The notes beneath the pieces were generated by a model, which saw only the letters and a program-made list of their open reading frames with translations, was not told the DNA's origin and made no database searches. A program made the translations under genes and the position numbers. Below, piece after piece: positions 29,249 to 39,733 of a DNA stretch of 64,000 bases; the first letter of the stretch is position 1; each line of letters begins with the position of its first letter. Origin of the DNA: Candidatus Zixiibacteriota bacterium (lineage in GTDB: Bacteria; RBG-13-66-14; B26-G2; WVWN01); the NCBI GenBank assembly GCA_050117845.1, contig JASFLY010000003.1:64001-128000 (forward strand), read 5' to 3'.

Positions 29249-30852
29249 CGCGGCCGTTTTACATGGCGTTAATAATCCTCGCGGCTTACGCCGCGCCGGC
29301 CCCCGCCGCGTCGCCGTTCGATTTCGACGACGCGGATCTGAAAGCGGCCTGGGAAGAGAGCGCGGCCAGCTTCGTCACTCCCACGTTCGACGATTACGTC
29401 GGCGCCCGCGCAGAGGCTTTCTGGGACGAGATCCCGGAGTTGTTCGACGGCGGGGCCTTGCCGGCCGCTTCGGCCGAAGACCTCTCCGCCCTCGGCAATA
29501 AGGGCGACGATAACGATTCCCGCTTCTTCACCGAAATCGACGCCGGCGGCGGTTCCGCCGGACGACTGGACGTCGCCGCCTTCCAGGGTTGGGAAATAAA
29601 ATTCCTCGACGCCGCGGTCTCGTTCCGCGAGCGCCGCGACCGCAGCGGCGACGGCTGGTACAACAACTCGTCCACCCGCGCCGACGCCGAGGTCGCCTTC
29701 TCCGACCAGGCCGGGACGACGGTGGGCTTCGCCGGCAATTACGAGGGTTCCGGCGAGAAACTCCGCCGGGATGATTCGGAACTCGTGGGTGAAGCGGGCG
29801 ACAATTCCGCCCGAAGCGGCGAAGTCTCGGCAGGATTCCGTAGCAATCTGTGGGGCAAAGCCAAAATCGCGACGAAGGTTTCCGCGACTTTCTCGGAAGG
29901 GGACTTCTCGGACACCCGGGCCGTCGACCAGGTTATAACCGCCGACTCGAGTTACGACTTCTTCTGGGTGGGCGACAACCTCGCCCGGGGCCTCTTCTCC
30001 CTCAGTCAGGAGAACTACGAGATAGACGGCGAGGAACAGGGCTTCCTATTCGGCCGCCTGACGCTCGAAAACGATATCCCCATCGCGAACCGTCTTTACC
30101 TCTCGGGCGGTTTCGGCGGGTACCTCCTTCGCGACGATACGCCCCATTTCCGCTTCTACCCGCGGGGCCGACTCCTCCTCCGCTTGACGCCGACCTGGGG
30201 CTACTTCGTAAACTACCGCCCCGGCCTCCAGCTCCCGGATTTCCGGGAACTCTACATGCGAACGGACTACACCGTTCCCACGGCGTTCCGGCCGGCCGAG
30301 GACGAATACTTCAGCGTCCGCACCGGCGTGAATTACCACTTCCGCGACTTCGGCCACATCACCGGCGCGGTCTACGAACAGCGCTTCCGCCGTTCGTACG
30401 CGGTCGCGGACGCCTATTTCGCGGGCGCGCAATACTTCGACCCCGGCAAGGTTATTCTGCGCGGCGCCGACATGTTCTACCGTCTGACGGTCTCCCGTTT
30501 CGAGCATTACGGCGGGTTCGACTACAAGGACGCGGACCTACGCGATAATCCCGCCCACCATTTCCCGTATATGGCGACTTACGGCGGCGAGGCGGGCTTT
30601 ACGGTCAATATCGGCGGCGGCCATCGCGCTTCCGCGGGCGTCCGTTACGTCGGCGAGAGATACGCCCGGCCCACGGCCTCGGAGCCCCTCGCCCCGGCCT
30701 GGGTGCCCGGCGCTAACGTCGTCATTCGAATGCATCCCGGCATTTCCGTCACGGCCGCGGCGGAGAACTTAACGGACGAGATTTATTACGTTCCCGGCGG
30801 CATCGTCGCCCCCGGCCGCGCTTTTACCCTGGGCCTAAACCTAATTCTGTGA
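29245..30852 (+). CDS. Outer-membrane beta-barrel protein, TonB-receptor-like C-terminus
   Basis: ATGA overlap with the TPR gene; signal peptide; alternating beta pattern; ends ENLTDEIYY...PGRAFTLGLNLIL. Confidence 0.75.
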   Translation: MTRPFYMALIILAAYAAPAPAASPFDFDDADLKAAWEESAASFVTPTFDDYVGARAEAFWDEIPELFDGGALPAASAEDLSALGNKGDDNDSRFFTEIDAGGGSAGRLDVAAFQGWEIKFLDAAVSFRERRDRSGDGWYNNSSTRADAEVAFSDQAGTTVGFAGNYEGSGEKLRRDDSELVGEAGDNSARSGEVSAGFRSNLWGKAKIATKVSATFSEGDFSDTRAVDQVITADSSYDFFWVGDNLARGLFSLSQENYEIDGEEQGFLFGRLTLENDIPIANRLYLSGGFGGYLLRDDTPHFRFYPRGRLLLRLTPTWGYFVNYRPGLQLPDFRELYMRTDYTVPTAFRPAEDEYFSVRTGVNYHFRDFGHITGAVYEQRFRRSYAVADAYFAGAQYFDPGKVILRGADMFYRLTVSRFEHYGGFDYKDADLRDNPAHHFPYMATYGGEAGFTVNIGGGHRASAGVRYVGERYARPTASEPLAPAWVPGANVVIRMHPGISVTAAAENLTDEIYYVPGGIVAPGRAFTLGLNLIL

Positions 30853-30859
30853 GTAGGAT

Positions 30860-32305
30860 ATGACCTCGAAAGACGAAACCGTAAAAGAACTGACGCCTCG
30901 GCAAATCGTCGACGAGTTGAATGAATACGTCGTCGGCCAGGACGCGGCCAAGAAAGCGGTCGCGATAGCCCTCCGGAACCGCTGGCGCCGGCGCCAGTTG
31001 TCCCCCGAAATCGCCGAGGACATCGCCCCCAAGAACATCATTATGATAGGCCGAACGGGCGTCGGTAAAACCGAAATCGCCCGCCGCCTGGCCCGTCTGG
31101 CCAACGCGCCCTTCGTCAAGGTCGAGGCGTCGAAATTCACGGAGGTCGGGTACGTCGGCCGGGACGTGGACGCGATCATCCGCGACCTCGCCGACGTGGC
31201 CGTCGCCGCGGTCCGCGAGGAACTAATGGCCGAGGTGGAAGAGAAAGCCGCCGCCCAGGCCGAGGAGCGTCTGTTGGACGTCCTCCTGCCCCCGCCGCCG
31301 CCCGCGCCGATGAAAACGAGCGCCCCGGAAAGCCCCAAGGCCGAAGCGGCGGCAAGCACGACCGCCATCCCCGCCGGCCCCTCGGCCGAACTGGAAAAGA
31401 AGAACGAAGAGGAACGCCGCAAGTACGAACGCGCCCGGGCCGTCATGCGGGAAAAACTGCGGCGGGGAGAACTGAACGACCGCATCGTCGAAATCGACGT
31501 CGAGGCCAAGATATCCTCCACCGTTGAGGTCTTCACCGGCCAGGGCTTCGAGGAAATGGACATGAACCTGGGTGAACTCTTCAATCAGTTCATGCCCAAG
31601 AAAACCGCCACCCGGAAGGTTACGGCGGCCGAAGCCCTCGACCTATTGACCGACGAGGAGGCCGCCAAGCTGGTCGACATGGACAAGGCGGTCAACATGG
31701 GCCTGGACAGGATGGAGCAGTCCGGCATCGTGTTCCTGGACGAACTCGATAAAATAGTGGGGCCGAAATCGGCGGTGGGGCCGGACGTTTCCCGGGAGGG
31801 CGTGCAACGGGACCTCCTGCCCATCGTCGAAGGGTCGTCGGTAAACACCAAATACGGCATGGTCCGGACGGATCACGTGCTGTTCATCGCGGCGGGAGCT
31901 TTCCACATCGCGAAGCCGTCGGAGCTCATACCCGAACTCCAGGGCCGCTTCCCGATTCGCGTGGAACTCAAGAGCCTGACGGCCGACGACTTTTATAAGA
32001 TCCTAACGCAACCCAAAACGGCGCTCATAAAACAGTATCGGGCCCTGATGTCCACCGAAGGCCTGGACCTCCACTTCGAGGATAGCGCGATTAAAAAAAT
32101 CGCGGAACTTTCGCAAACGCTCAACGAGAAGTTGGAGAACATCGGCGCGCGGCGGCTTCATACGGTAATGGAGACGCTGCTCGAGGATATATCGTTCGAC
32201 GCGCCGGAACGTAAAAGCGCCAAGATTACGATAGACGAAAAATACGTCGAGGAGAAGCTGGCCTCCCTCGCCCGCGACGAAGACGTCGCAAGATACATCT
32301 TGTAA
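30860..32305 (+). CDS. hslU: ATP-dependent protease ATPase subunit HslU
   Basis: LTPRQIV, ALRNRWRR, PKNIIMIGRTGVGKTEIARR, TEVGYVG, VSREGVQRDLLP, PELQGRFP and ENIGARRL. Confidence 0.98.
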   Translation: MTSKDETVKELTPRQIVDELNEYVVGQDAAKKAVAIALRNRWRRRQLSPEIAEDIAPKNIIMIGRTGVGKTEIARRLARLANAPFVKVEASKFTEVGYVGRDVDAIIRDLADVAVAAVREELMAEVEEKAAAQAEERLLDVLLPPPPPAPMKTSAPESPKAEAAASTTAIPAGPSAELEKKNEEERRKYERARAVMREKLRRGELNDRIVEIDVEAKISSTVEVFTGQGFEEMDMNLGELFNQFMPKKTATRKVTAAEALDLLTDEEAAKLVDMDKAVNMGLDRMEQSGIVFLDELDKIVGPKSAVGPDVSREGVQRDLLPIVEGSSVNTKYGMVRTDHVLFIAAGAFHIAKPSELIPELQGRFPIRVELKSLTADDFYKILTQPKTALIKQYRALMSTEGLDLHFEDSAIKKIAELSQTLNEKLENIGARRLHTVMETLLEDISFDAPERKSAKITIDEKYVEEKLASLARDEDVARYIL

Positions 32306-32359
32306 GAGCGGCCGGCCGGAAGCAGGCCAAGGCCGCGAACGTTGTTAAGGAGTTCCATA

Positions 32360-32863
32360 ATGAGGAAGCAAATCACAGCCGCATTCGCACTGGCGTTCCT
32401 CGTCGCCGTTAACGCGGCCGGCGCCAAAGATTGGACTAAAAATCTGGACAGCAAGGACGAGGCCAAACGGGCCCGCGCGGCAGAGGAACTCTGGCATAAG
32501 GCGGTAGACGAGGGCCTGAACGGCGACGAAATCGAAGCGCTCGCCATCGCCGTCGACGACCCGTCGGACGACGTCGCCCTCTTCGCCATCAAAGCCCTCG
32601 CGTCCAACTCGAAGATTTCCACCTCCCAGCAATACGCGCCCGATTTCGCCAACCGCGGGAATAACTTCGTCGCTTTCCTGTTGTGGACCTCCATTTACAA
32701 TACGTACTCGCAATTCATCGAAGCCGCCGGCGGGACCGGCGAGGGCGATATGAACGAAGAGATGGATTACGCCGAAAAGGAGGCCGAACGGGCGTTCGAT
32801 AACATGCTGGACCCGCAACGCAAAGGTTGGGCCGAACCTTACGTCGAAGAGATCTTCAAGTGA
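32360..32863 (+). CDS. Hypothetical exported protein (HEAT-like helices)
   Basis: ATG after AAGGAG; signal peptide; LDSKDEAKRARAAEEL...DDPSDDVALFAIKALA. Confidence 0.65.
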   Translation: MRKQITAAFALAFLVAVNAAGAKDWTKNLDSKDEAKRARAAEELWHKAVDEGLNGDEIEALAIAVDDPSDDVALFAIKALASNSKISTSQQYAPDFANRGNNFVAFLLWTSIYNTYSQFIEAAGGTGEGDMNEEMDYAEKEAERAFDNMLDPQRKGWAEPYVEEIFK

Positions 32864-33864
32864 GTTCGGACCGGCAAGCGGTGGAGGCGTCGTACTGGCG
32901 AAGCGGCGACGAAGGCCGCGCGGCCTGCGAACTCTGCCCCCGCCGCTGCTCCATCCCCGACGGCGCGCGGGGCAGTTGCCATCTGCGGAGGAATCGGAAC
33001 GGCACCCTGTACGCCGAAGCGTACGGCGAAGTGGCATCGGCGGCCTTAGACCCCATCGAGAAGAAGCCGCTTTACCACTTCCATCCGGGAGACGACGTCC
33101 TTTCCACCGGCCCCAACGGCTGCAACCTCCTCTGCCGTGGCTGCCAGAACTACCAGATATCGCAGGAAGAAATTCCCACCCGGTATCTCTCCCCCCAGGC
33201 TCTGGCTCAATTGGCCGCCGGGCAGGGTTCGCCCGGCGTCGCGTATACGTACACTGAACCGTTGGTATGGTTCGAGTACGTCCGGGACGCCTCCCGGGCG
33301 GCGAACGCGGCGGGCCTGTACAACGTCGCCGTTACGAACGGTTATCTCGAAGAGGCACCGGCGCGGGAGGCGGCGTCCTTCCTCGACGCCGCCAACGTCG
33401 ACGTGAAAGCCATGTCCGAAGATTTCTACCGGGACTACTGCGGCGGCGAACTCGAGCCGGTGCTTCGTACCTGCGAGATATTCAAGAAAGAACTCCACCT
33501 CGAAATAACGAATCTCCTCATTACCGACCTCAACGACCGTGAGGAAGACGTCGAGGCCCTGGTAGGGTGGGTCGTCGAAAACCTGGGCCGCGATACGCCG
33601 GTGCATTTCTCCCGGTACTTCCCCCACTATAAAATGGACGCGCCGGCGACTCCCCCCCACCATATCCTGCGCGCCAAAGAAATCGCCGACCGCGAACTCT
33701 ACTACGTCTTCGTCGGTAACATCGCCGGCATCGGCGGTACTGACACGTTTTGCCCGCAATGCGGCAACCTCATCGTCGATCGCCAGGGGTACCGCGGCCG
33801 CGTCGTCGGCCTGGACGACGGTAAATGTAACAATTGCGGTCGGCCGAGCGAAATAGTATTATAA
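32860..33864 (+). CDS. amrS: AmmeMemoRadiSam system radical SAM enzyme
   Basis: CELCPRRC, DPIEKKPLYHF, GCNLLCRGCQNYQISQ, AYTYTEP, HFSRYFP and TFCPQCG. Confidence 0.93.
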   Translation: MSSDRQAVEASYWRSGDEGRAACELCPRRCSIPDGARGSCHLRRNRNGTLYAEAYGEVASAALDPIEKKPLYHFHPGDDVLSTGPNGCNLLCRGCQNYQISQEEIPTRYLSPQALAQLAAGQGSPGVAYTYTEPLVWFEYVRDASRAANAAGLYNVAVTNGYLEEAPAREAASFLDAANVDVKAMSEDFYRDYCGGELEPVLRTCEIFKKELHLEITNLLITDLNDREEDVEALVGWVVENLGRDTPVHFSRYFPHYKMDAPATPPHHILRAKEIADRELYYVFVGNIAGIGGTDTFCPQCGNLIVDRQGYRGRVVGLDDGKCNNCGRPSEIVL

Positions 33865-33885
33865 AAAATACGGGATGTGGTTAAT

Positions 33886-34272
33886 ATGCGCATAAGATAC
33901 GCGGCGTTGGCCGTTTTTATCGCTATCGCGGCCGGGGCCTGTACGCCCCCCGGCACCGTTACCACGAAGGATTACAACCGTTTCGCCATCCGGGCCCAGG
34001 AGGTGGGTCTATGGCGCGAGGCGGAGTACCGCCTGCGCCAGGCCCTCGCCGAGAGTCCGGACGACGCGCGTCTCCACAACAACCTCGCGGTCGCGCTCGA
34101 GGCCCAGGGGAAACTCGAAGAGGCGTACGCCGAATACAACAAAGCGGTGAAATCGGATCCGGAAAACGGAATGTACAGTAAAAACCTGCGAGACTTCACC
34201 GCGGCCCACCGATGGGAATACGACCCGGGGGAAGAAGATGAAGAAGACGCCCCCGCTGAGGAGGGGAGTTAA
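33886..34272 (+). CDS. Small TPR lipoprotein
   Basis: Lipobox AAGAC; GLWREA...LHNNLAVALEAQGKLEEAYAEY. Confidence 0.8.
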   Translation: MRIRYAALAVFIAIAAGACTPPGTVTTKDYNRFAIRAQEVGLWREAEYRLRQALAESPDDARLHNNLAVALEAQGKLEEAYAEYNKAVKSDPENGMYSKNLRDFTAAHRWEYDPGEEDEEDAPAEEGS

Positions 34273-34278
34273 CGGCGC

Positions 34279-35640
34279 GTGAAAACTTACCTGCGAAAAA
34301 TACTATCGGGCGCTCCGGCCGACTACGCCGAATTCCGGTATCAGGAAACGAGGTCGACGCGTCTCAGCTTCGACGGCGACGGCCTGAAAGACGTCGTCGT
34401 TAACTCGGCGCGCGGCGGTTTCGTTCGGGTCCTCGTAAACGGCTCCTTCGGCGTCGCGTCCTTTGAGGACCTGGACCGGGCGGCCGAGTATCTGGACAAG
34501 GCCGTCGGTATCGCCCGCCTCAAGGCCGGCGAATTCCGGGGCTTCGACCCGGTGGAAATCGTGGACGAGGACGTCGTACTGGAAGTCCCGCGCCCCGCCC
34601 ACGAGCTGGACCTTGACGAAAAGGTGGCCGTCGTTAGCAAGTACAACGATATCCTACTGGGCCACGACCGCATCCCCTCCACCGAAAGCGTCTACCTCGA
34701 TTCCACCGACTACCGCCTCTTCGTGAACTCCGAGGGCACGGCCGTCTCCATTACGAAACCTCGATGCAACCTTTCGCTCCGGCCGCTCGCGAGCGAGGGC
34801 GGCGTGGTCCAGATGGCCATCCGCAGCATCGGCGGCATCGTGGGTTTCGACCACCTGTTGGGCCGGGAGGCCGAGGTGGAGGAGCTCGCCGTTCACGCCG
34901 CGTCCCTGCTCGACGCGGAGCCCGTTACCGCCGGGACTTACACGGTCATTACGGACCCGCTGTTGACTGGGATATTCGCGCACGAGGCGTTCGGCCACAC
35001 GGCCGAGGCCGACGACGTCGCCCGGGACGACAACCTACGGGAGATAATGACGATAGGACGCCGCTTCGGTTCGGACATCCTTTCCCTGGCGGACGACGGC
35101 CTGGTTGAAGAGCACAACGGCTACGTCCCCTTCGACGACGAGGGGGTCCGGGGCCGCAAGAAATACCTGATCAAGGAGGGCATCCTGACCGGCCTGCTTC
35201 ACGACCGGGAAACCGCCACGCGGATGGGGATGGACCCGACCGGCAACGCCCGGGCCCTCAACTACCACTTCGCCCCGCTGGTACGGATGACGGCTACCTA
35301 CATCGAGCCCGGCGAGATTAGCTTCGAGGAAATGCTGGCCGGCGTGCCCCGCGGTATCTACGCCCGTCGGGCCAAGGGCGGCACCGGCGGCGAAACGTTC
35401 AGCTTCACCGCCGAGGACGGGTACCTCATAGAAAACGGGAAACTAACGACGCACCTCCGCGACCTCAAACTGCAAGGCAACCTCTTCAAAACGCTCGAGA
35501 ACATCAGCGCCGTCGGCAACGACTTCGAGATGCCGGAGGAGGGCGTGGCCGGCTGCGGGAAATGGGGCCAGTCGCCCCTGCCGGTCGCCAACGGCGGCCC
35601 GCACATGCTCATCCAAAACGTACAGATAGGAGGCCGGTAA
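34279..35640 (+). CDS. tldD: TldD family metalloprotease
   Basis: HEAFGHTAEAD, FDDEG, GNARA...VRMTATYI and CGKWGQSPLPV. Confidence 0.93.
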   Translation: MKTYLRKILSGAPADYAEFRYQETRSTRLSFDGDGLKDVVVNSARGGFVRVLVNGSFGVASFEDLDRAAEYLDKAVGIARLKAGEFRGFDPVEIVDEDVVLEVPRPAHELDLDEKVAVVSKYNDILLGHDRIPSTESVYLDSTDYRLFVNSEGTAVSITKPRCNLSLRPLASEGGVVQMAIRSIGGIVGFDHLLGREAEVEELAVHAASLLDAEPVTAGTYTVITDPLLTGIFAHEAFGHTAEADDVARDDNLREIMTIGRRFGSDILSLADDGLVEEHNGYVPFDDEGVRGRKKYLIKEGILTGLLHDRETATRMGMDPTGNARALNYHFAPLVRMTATYIEPGEISFEEMLAGVPRGIYARRAKGGTGGETFSFTAEDGYLIENGKLTTHLRDLKLQGNLFKTLENISAVGNDFEMPEEGVAGCGKWGQSPLPVANGGPHMLIQNVQIGGR

Positions 35641-35642
35641 CC

Positions 35643-36956
35643 GTGGTCGTTGAGAAGATATTGGAAGATGCCGGCCGCAGGGCGGACAGGGCGGAAGCGT
35701 ATTTCAGCGAGGGCGAGACTACTACGGTACTGTTCAAAGCCGGGGAACTCCACGAGGCGGGGATAGCGAACAGCCGCGGCGTCGCCGTGCGGGCTTTCGT
35801 GGACGGCCGGGTCGGCTACGGGGGAACCACCGACCTCACGCAACCGACGGCCGTGGTCGACGCCGCCGTCGCGACGGCCAAACACGGCCGACGGGCCGAG
35901 TACGAACTCCCCGACGGCGGGGCGGACTACGCCGACGTAGCGCCTTTCGACGCCGACGTGGCGGCGCTCAAACCGGAGTTCATGGTCGAACTGGGCGAGC
36001 GGGCCGACGCCATGGTAAAGGCCGCCGACGAGCGATACGTCGTAACGGTGGAGATTGAACGCTCCATCGGCCGGACGCGGCTCGTCAACTCCGCGGGCCT
36101 CGACCGCACCGAAGAATCGACCGCCTATTCGTTCGCGGTCGTAGTCAATCGGACGACCGAGGGCGACATCTTCTACCACTACGATTACGACATGTCCTTC
36201 GCGCGCGACTTCGACGAAATCGCCGTCGTGGAACGCCTGCTCGACGCCCTGCAATGGACCGATCGCATTGTCGAATTGGAAACCGGGAAGATGGACCTCA
36301 TCGTCGACCCCGCCCAGGTACCGTCCCTCCTGCTCCCGGTGGTTACGTGCATCAACGGCGCGTACGTCGCAGACCGATCGTCGGCCCTGGCCGGCCGATT
36401 GGGCGAACAGGTAGCCGCCCCCGCGTTCTCGCTCGTCGACGACGCCACGAATACGTTCGGGTGGATGAGCGGCTCCTTCGACGGCGAGGGCACGCCGACC
36501 CGCCGGACGCCCGTAATCGAACGGGGCGTCCTGAAGTCATTCCTAACGGATCTCGCCACGGCGGAACGCCTGGACACAGCCCCGACCGGCCACGCGCGCC
36601 GGGGGGTAGGGTCTCCCCCGCGGCCCGGAACGTCGAACGTCATCGTGGAAGCGGGCGAAACGCCGGCCGCGGAGCTAATCGCCGATACGGCGCGCGGCGT
36701 CCTCGTCCGAGGCACCGCCGGAAGTTCGATGGGCAATATCCGCGGCGGCGAACTCAGCGCCACCATAACGTACGGCCTGAAAATAGAGAACGGCGAGATA
36801 GTGGGCCGCGTCAAGGACTGCCTCTTCGCGGGAAACGTATTCCAGATGCTGGGCGAACGCCTGCGGGCGGTCGCGAGCGACCCGCGGCGCAGCGCCGGCT
36901 CTTACCTAACTCCCGCGATATTCGTTAGCGACCAGACAGTTACCGCCAAAGGGTAA
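35643..36956 (+). CDS. pmbA: TldE/PmbA family protein
   Basis: GTG at 35643 directly after tldD; FDGEGTPT, GVLKSFL and TGHARR; no HExxxH. Confidence 0.88.
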   Translation: MVVEKILEDAGRRADRAEAYFSEGETTTVLFKAGELHEAGIANSRGVAVRAFVDGRVGYGGTTDLTQPTAVVDAAVATAKHGRRAEYELPDGGADYADVAPFDADVAALKPEFMVELGERADAMVKAADERYVVTVEIERSIGRTRLVNSAGLDRTEESTAYSFAVVVNRTTEGDIFYHYDYDMSFARDFDEIAVVERLLDALQWTDRIVELETGKMDLIVDPAQVPSLLLPVVTCINGAYVADRSSALAGRLGEQVAAPAFSLVDDATNTFGWMSGSFDGEGTPTRRTPVIERGVLKSFLTDLATAERLDTAPTGHARRGVGSPPRPGTSNVIVEAGETPAAELIADTARGVLVRGTAGSSMGNIRGGELSATITYGLKIENGEIVGRVKDCLFAGNVFQMLGERLRAVASDPRRSAGSYLTPAIFVSDQTVTAKG

Positions 36957-37013
36957 AGCTTTTACGCAAACGACGAACGCCACCCGGTCGGGTGGCGCTT
37001 TACTAGGGGTAGC

Positions 37014-38456
37014 GTGGGATTTCCCGATGAAAAAGGGGCCGGCGCGCGCCGGGTGATGGCCAACGCCGGTTACCTGCTGGCCACCAACGCGTACCGCATC
37101 CTCCTCAACATGGCGATTTTTTTCGTCATCGCCCGCGTGTTGGGCGCCGACGAACTGGGCCGATACGCCTTCGCCCTGTCGTACGCCACCCTCTTCTCCG
37201 TCGCCGTCCACCTGGGCCTGAACGACCTGATAATCCGACAGGTCGCCGTGAACAAGGCCGACGGGCCGCTGTACTTCACGGTGGCGGTCATTACCAAACT
37301 GGTGACGGGCGTCCTCATAACCGCGACGACGGCCGTAACCATCGGCGTTAGCGGCAAGCCGTCGATGGTCCAGGAACTGGTCCTGGCCGCGGCCCTAACG
37401 ACGAGCCTGGTATCCGGCGTCGAGACCGTCGTCGTCGCCTTCTTCTACGCCCACGAGCGGATGCGCTACGTCCTTATCCTGGGCGTAATGCGGGTCACGC
37501 TCAACGCGGCCGCCGGCATCGGCGCGGCGCTCGCGGGCTTCGGGGCGCGCGGAGTGCTGTGGGGATTCCTGGCGGTGGAAGTGCTCGTCGCGGCGTTCGC
37601 GTTCATCTGGGTACGTCGCCTCGGCCTGCGCTTCGTCCGGCCCTCCCTCCCCGACTTCAAGCAAATACTGTGGCGCAGTCTGCCCTTCGGCTTGAACGGC
37701 GTATTCATCACCATTTACATGCAGCTCCACTACTCGCTGTTGTCCTTCTTCCGGGGCGACCACGCGACGGGTGAATACGCCGCCGCGGCCAAACTAGTTA
37801 CTTTCCTGTGTTTTATACCTTCGGCTCTGACGCAGGCCCTGTACCCGTACCTCTCCCGCCTCGCCGCGGCCGACGACGGCAGTCCCGGTCGGCCCGCCGT
37901 ACGGGCGGTCCGTTACCTCGCCCTAATTTCCCTTCCGGCAGCTTTGTACCTCTTCTTCCGCGCGGACGCCGTCGTATCGCTCGTATACGGTCCGGGCTAC
38001 GCCGAGTCGGCGAAGTTGCTATCCCTTCTCGCCCTAACGCTTCCCTTCGTGTTCGCGTCCTACCCAACGGCCGTTGCCCTCAACGCGCTACGGCGGGAAC
38101 GCGCCAACACCGCGGTGGCGGCGGGGGGCGCCGCCATCAACGTGGCGGCGAACCTCGTCCTGGTACCGCTGATGGGGGCGGCCGGGGCCGCGTTGGCCTT
38201 CCTCGCCGCGGAAGCGTCCCAGAGCGTCGCGCGACTGACGCTGGTACGCGTATTCGCCGGTCCCCTGTGTTTCCTGCGCAACGTCGCGCCCGTTTTCATC
38301 CCGACGGCGGTTATGGCCGGGGCGATGTACTTCACCCGCCATTTACCTCTCTTCGGCGAGATGCCGATCCTCGCCGTACTTTACGTCGGTACGGCGTGGG
38401 CAACGAAGGTCGTCCCGCGGGAGGACCTGGTTCGCCTCCTGCGTCGCGGCAAATAA
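37014..38456 (+). CDS. Wzx-like oligosaccharide flippase (MOP family)
   Basis: IARVLGADELGRYAFA, GEYAAAAKL and NLVLVPLMGAAGAALA; 12-14 hydrophobic segments. Confidence 0.88.
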   Translation: MGFPDEKGAGARRVMANAGYLLATNAYRILLNMAIFFVIARVLGADELGRYAFALSYATLFSVAVHLGLNDLIIRQVAVNKADGPLYFTVAVITKLVTGVLITATTAVTIGVSGKPSMVQELVLAAALTTSLVSGVETVVVAFFYAHERMRYVLILGVMRVTLNAAAGIGAALAGFGARGVLWGFLAVEVLVAAFAFIWVRRLGLRFVRPSLPDFKQILWRSLPFGLNGVFITIYMQLHYSLLSFFRGDHATGEYAAAAKLVTFLCFIPSALTQALYPYLSRLAAADDGSPGRPAVRAVRYLALISLPAALYLFFRADAVVSLVYGPGYAESAKLLSLLALTLPFVFASYPTAVALNALRRERANTAVAAGGAAINVAANLVLVPLMGAAGAALAFLAAEASQSVARLTLVRVFAGPLCFLRNVAPVFIPTAVMAGAMYFTRHLPLFGEMPILAVLYVGTAWATKVVPREDLVRLLRRGK

Positions 38457-38465
38457 TAAGCGAAT

Positions 38466-39107
38466 TTAAAGGAAGGGTTCGGCGAGTCGCCGCGCCCGGC
38501 GCACGACCGCGCCGTCGAGGGTCGCCAAGGTTTCGGCGGAACGAGAGTGCGGGACACGACCGGCGGCCCGGACGGCGCCGGCCTTGACTATCAACCAGAA
38601 GGCCACCGCGAGGTCGAGCGACTCGGCCAGGGCCTCCCGCGCCGGCGGCGCCCATGCGTAAGATCTCGACTCCTCGGCGGCGTCGGCGGCCATTATTATA
38701 CGGTCGGCGAGCGTCGGTTCGGGCCTTCCCGTTACGTGGTAGCGAATCGCCGCCGCCCCTTCGGCCGGCAGGCCCAACGCCGAAGCCACGGCCGCCCCTG
38801 CCGGCCCGTGGAGGAGGCCCGGACCGACGGCTTTTTCGACGTCGTCGGGAGGCCAACCCCGCCAATCGGATATCCCCTTCATCGCCCGGGGCGTTAGGAC
38901 CCGGCCTACGTCGTGCAGGAGCGCTGCTCGCCGGACCAGCGCCGGGGCCGGGTGGCCGTATTGTCGGGCCAGCGTTTCGGCGAGCTCCGCGGCTCCCCGG
39001 GAATGGTCGTAGCGACGTTCGGACATCATTTCCCGCAGAGCGGAATCCTCGTCGGCCGCGGCGCCTAAGGCCGCGACGACGGCGTTGAAGTCGTCGGGGA
39101 ACGTCAT
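38466..39107 (-). CDS. yqeK: HD-domain Ap4A hydrolase, YqeK family
   Basis: RYDHSRG, ALLHDVGR, LLHGPAGA, AIRYHVTG and AADAAE; overlaps the nadD stop. Confidence 0.88.
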   Translation of the reverse strand: MTFPDDFNAVVAALGAAADEDSALREMMSERRYDHSRGAAELAETLARQYGHPAPALVRRAALLHDVGRVLTPRAMKGISDWRGWPPDDVEKAVGPGLLHGPAGAAVASALGLPAEGAAAIRYHVTGRPEPTLADRIIMAADAAEESRSYAWAPPAREALAESLDLAVAFWLIVKAGAVRAAGRVPHSRSAETLATLDGAVVRRARRLAEPFL

Positions 39108-39712
39108 CGGTAAAGGCGCGAAGAGAGTATGAAATCGAAAACGGCGCGCGGGACGAGGTAACGGAAGGGTGCCCTCTCCTTAACGCGATTCCGCACGAGC
39201 GTGGAGGATACGGGGATGGGGGTGACTTCCAGCGGCTCGAACTTGCCGGCGAGTTCGGCCGGCGCGGCCGCCAAATCGTACCCGGGACGCGTGAGGGCGA
39301 CGAGCCGGGCTTCGGCGAGCAGGAGCTCCCAGCCTTTCCACGTGGTGACCTCGGCCAGGTTGTCGGCGCCGACGGCCACGGTGACGTCCCGGAAACCCGC
39401 TGCCCGAAGCGCGGCCACGGTATCCACGGTATACGATACGCCCCCCCGCTCCACCTCCAACGCCGACGCGACGAAGCGGCGGTCGCCGGCGACGGCCAGC
39501 CGTACCATGTGCAAGCGCGTCTCGGCGGCCGTATGCACTCCTTCCAGCTTGTGGGGGGGAGTCGCGGCGGGCATGAATAAAACCGCCGACGGTTGGAGGC
39601 GGTAATAAACGTCGTCGGCCACCACCAGGTGGCCGACGTGGGGCGGGTCGAAAGTGCCGCCGAATACGACAACGGTTTTATCGCGTTCTAATCTGGCGAC
39701 GTACTCCTCCAC
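39104..39712 (-). CDS. nadD: Nicotinate-nucleotide adenylyltransferase
   Basis: FGGTFDPPHVGH, PPHK, SYTVDT, GADN...WK and VSSTLVR. Confidence 0.96.
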   Translation of the reverse strand: MEEYVARLERDKTVVVFGGTFDPPHVGHLVVADDVYYRLQPSAVLFMPAATPPHKLEGVHTAAETRLHMVRLAVAGDRRFVASALEVERGGVSYTVDTVAALRAAGFRDVTVAVGADNLAEVTTWKGWELLLAEARLVALTRPGYDLAAAPAELAGKFEPLEVTPIPVSSTLVRNRVKERAPFRYLVPRAVFDFILSSRLYR

Positions 39713-39733
39713 CTGTCCGGCCCGGCGGGCCGC

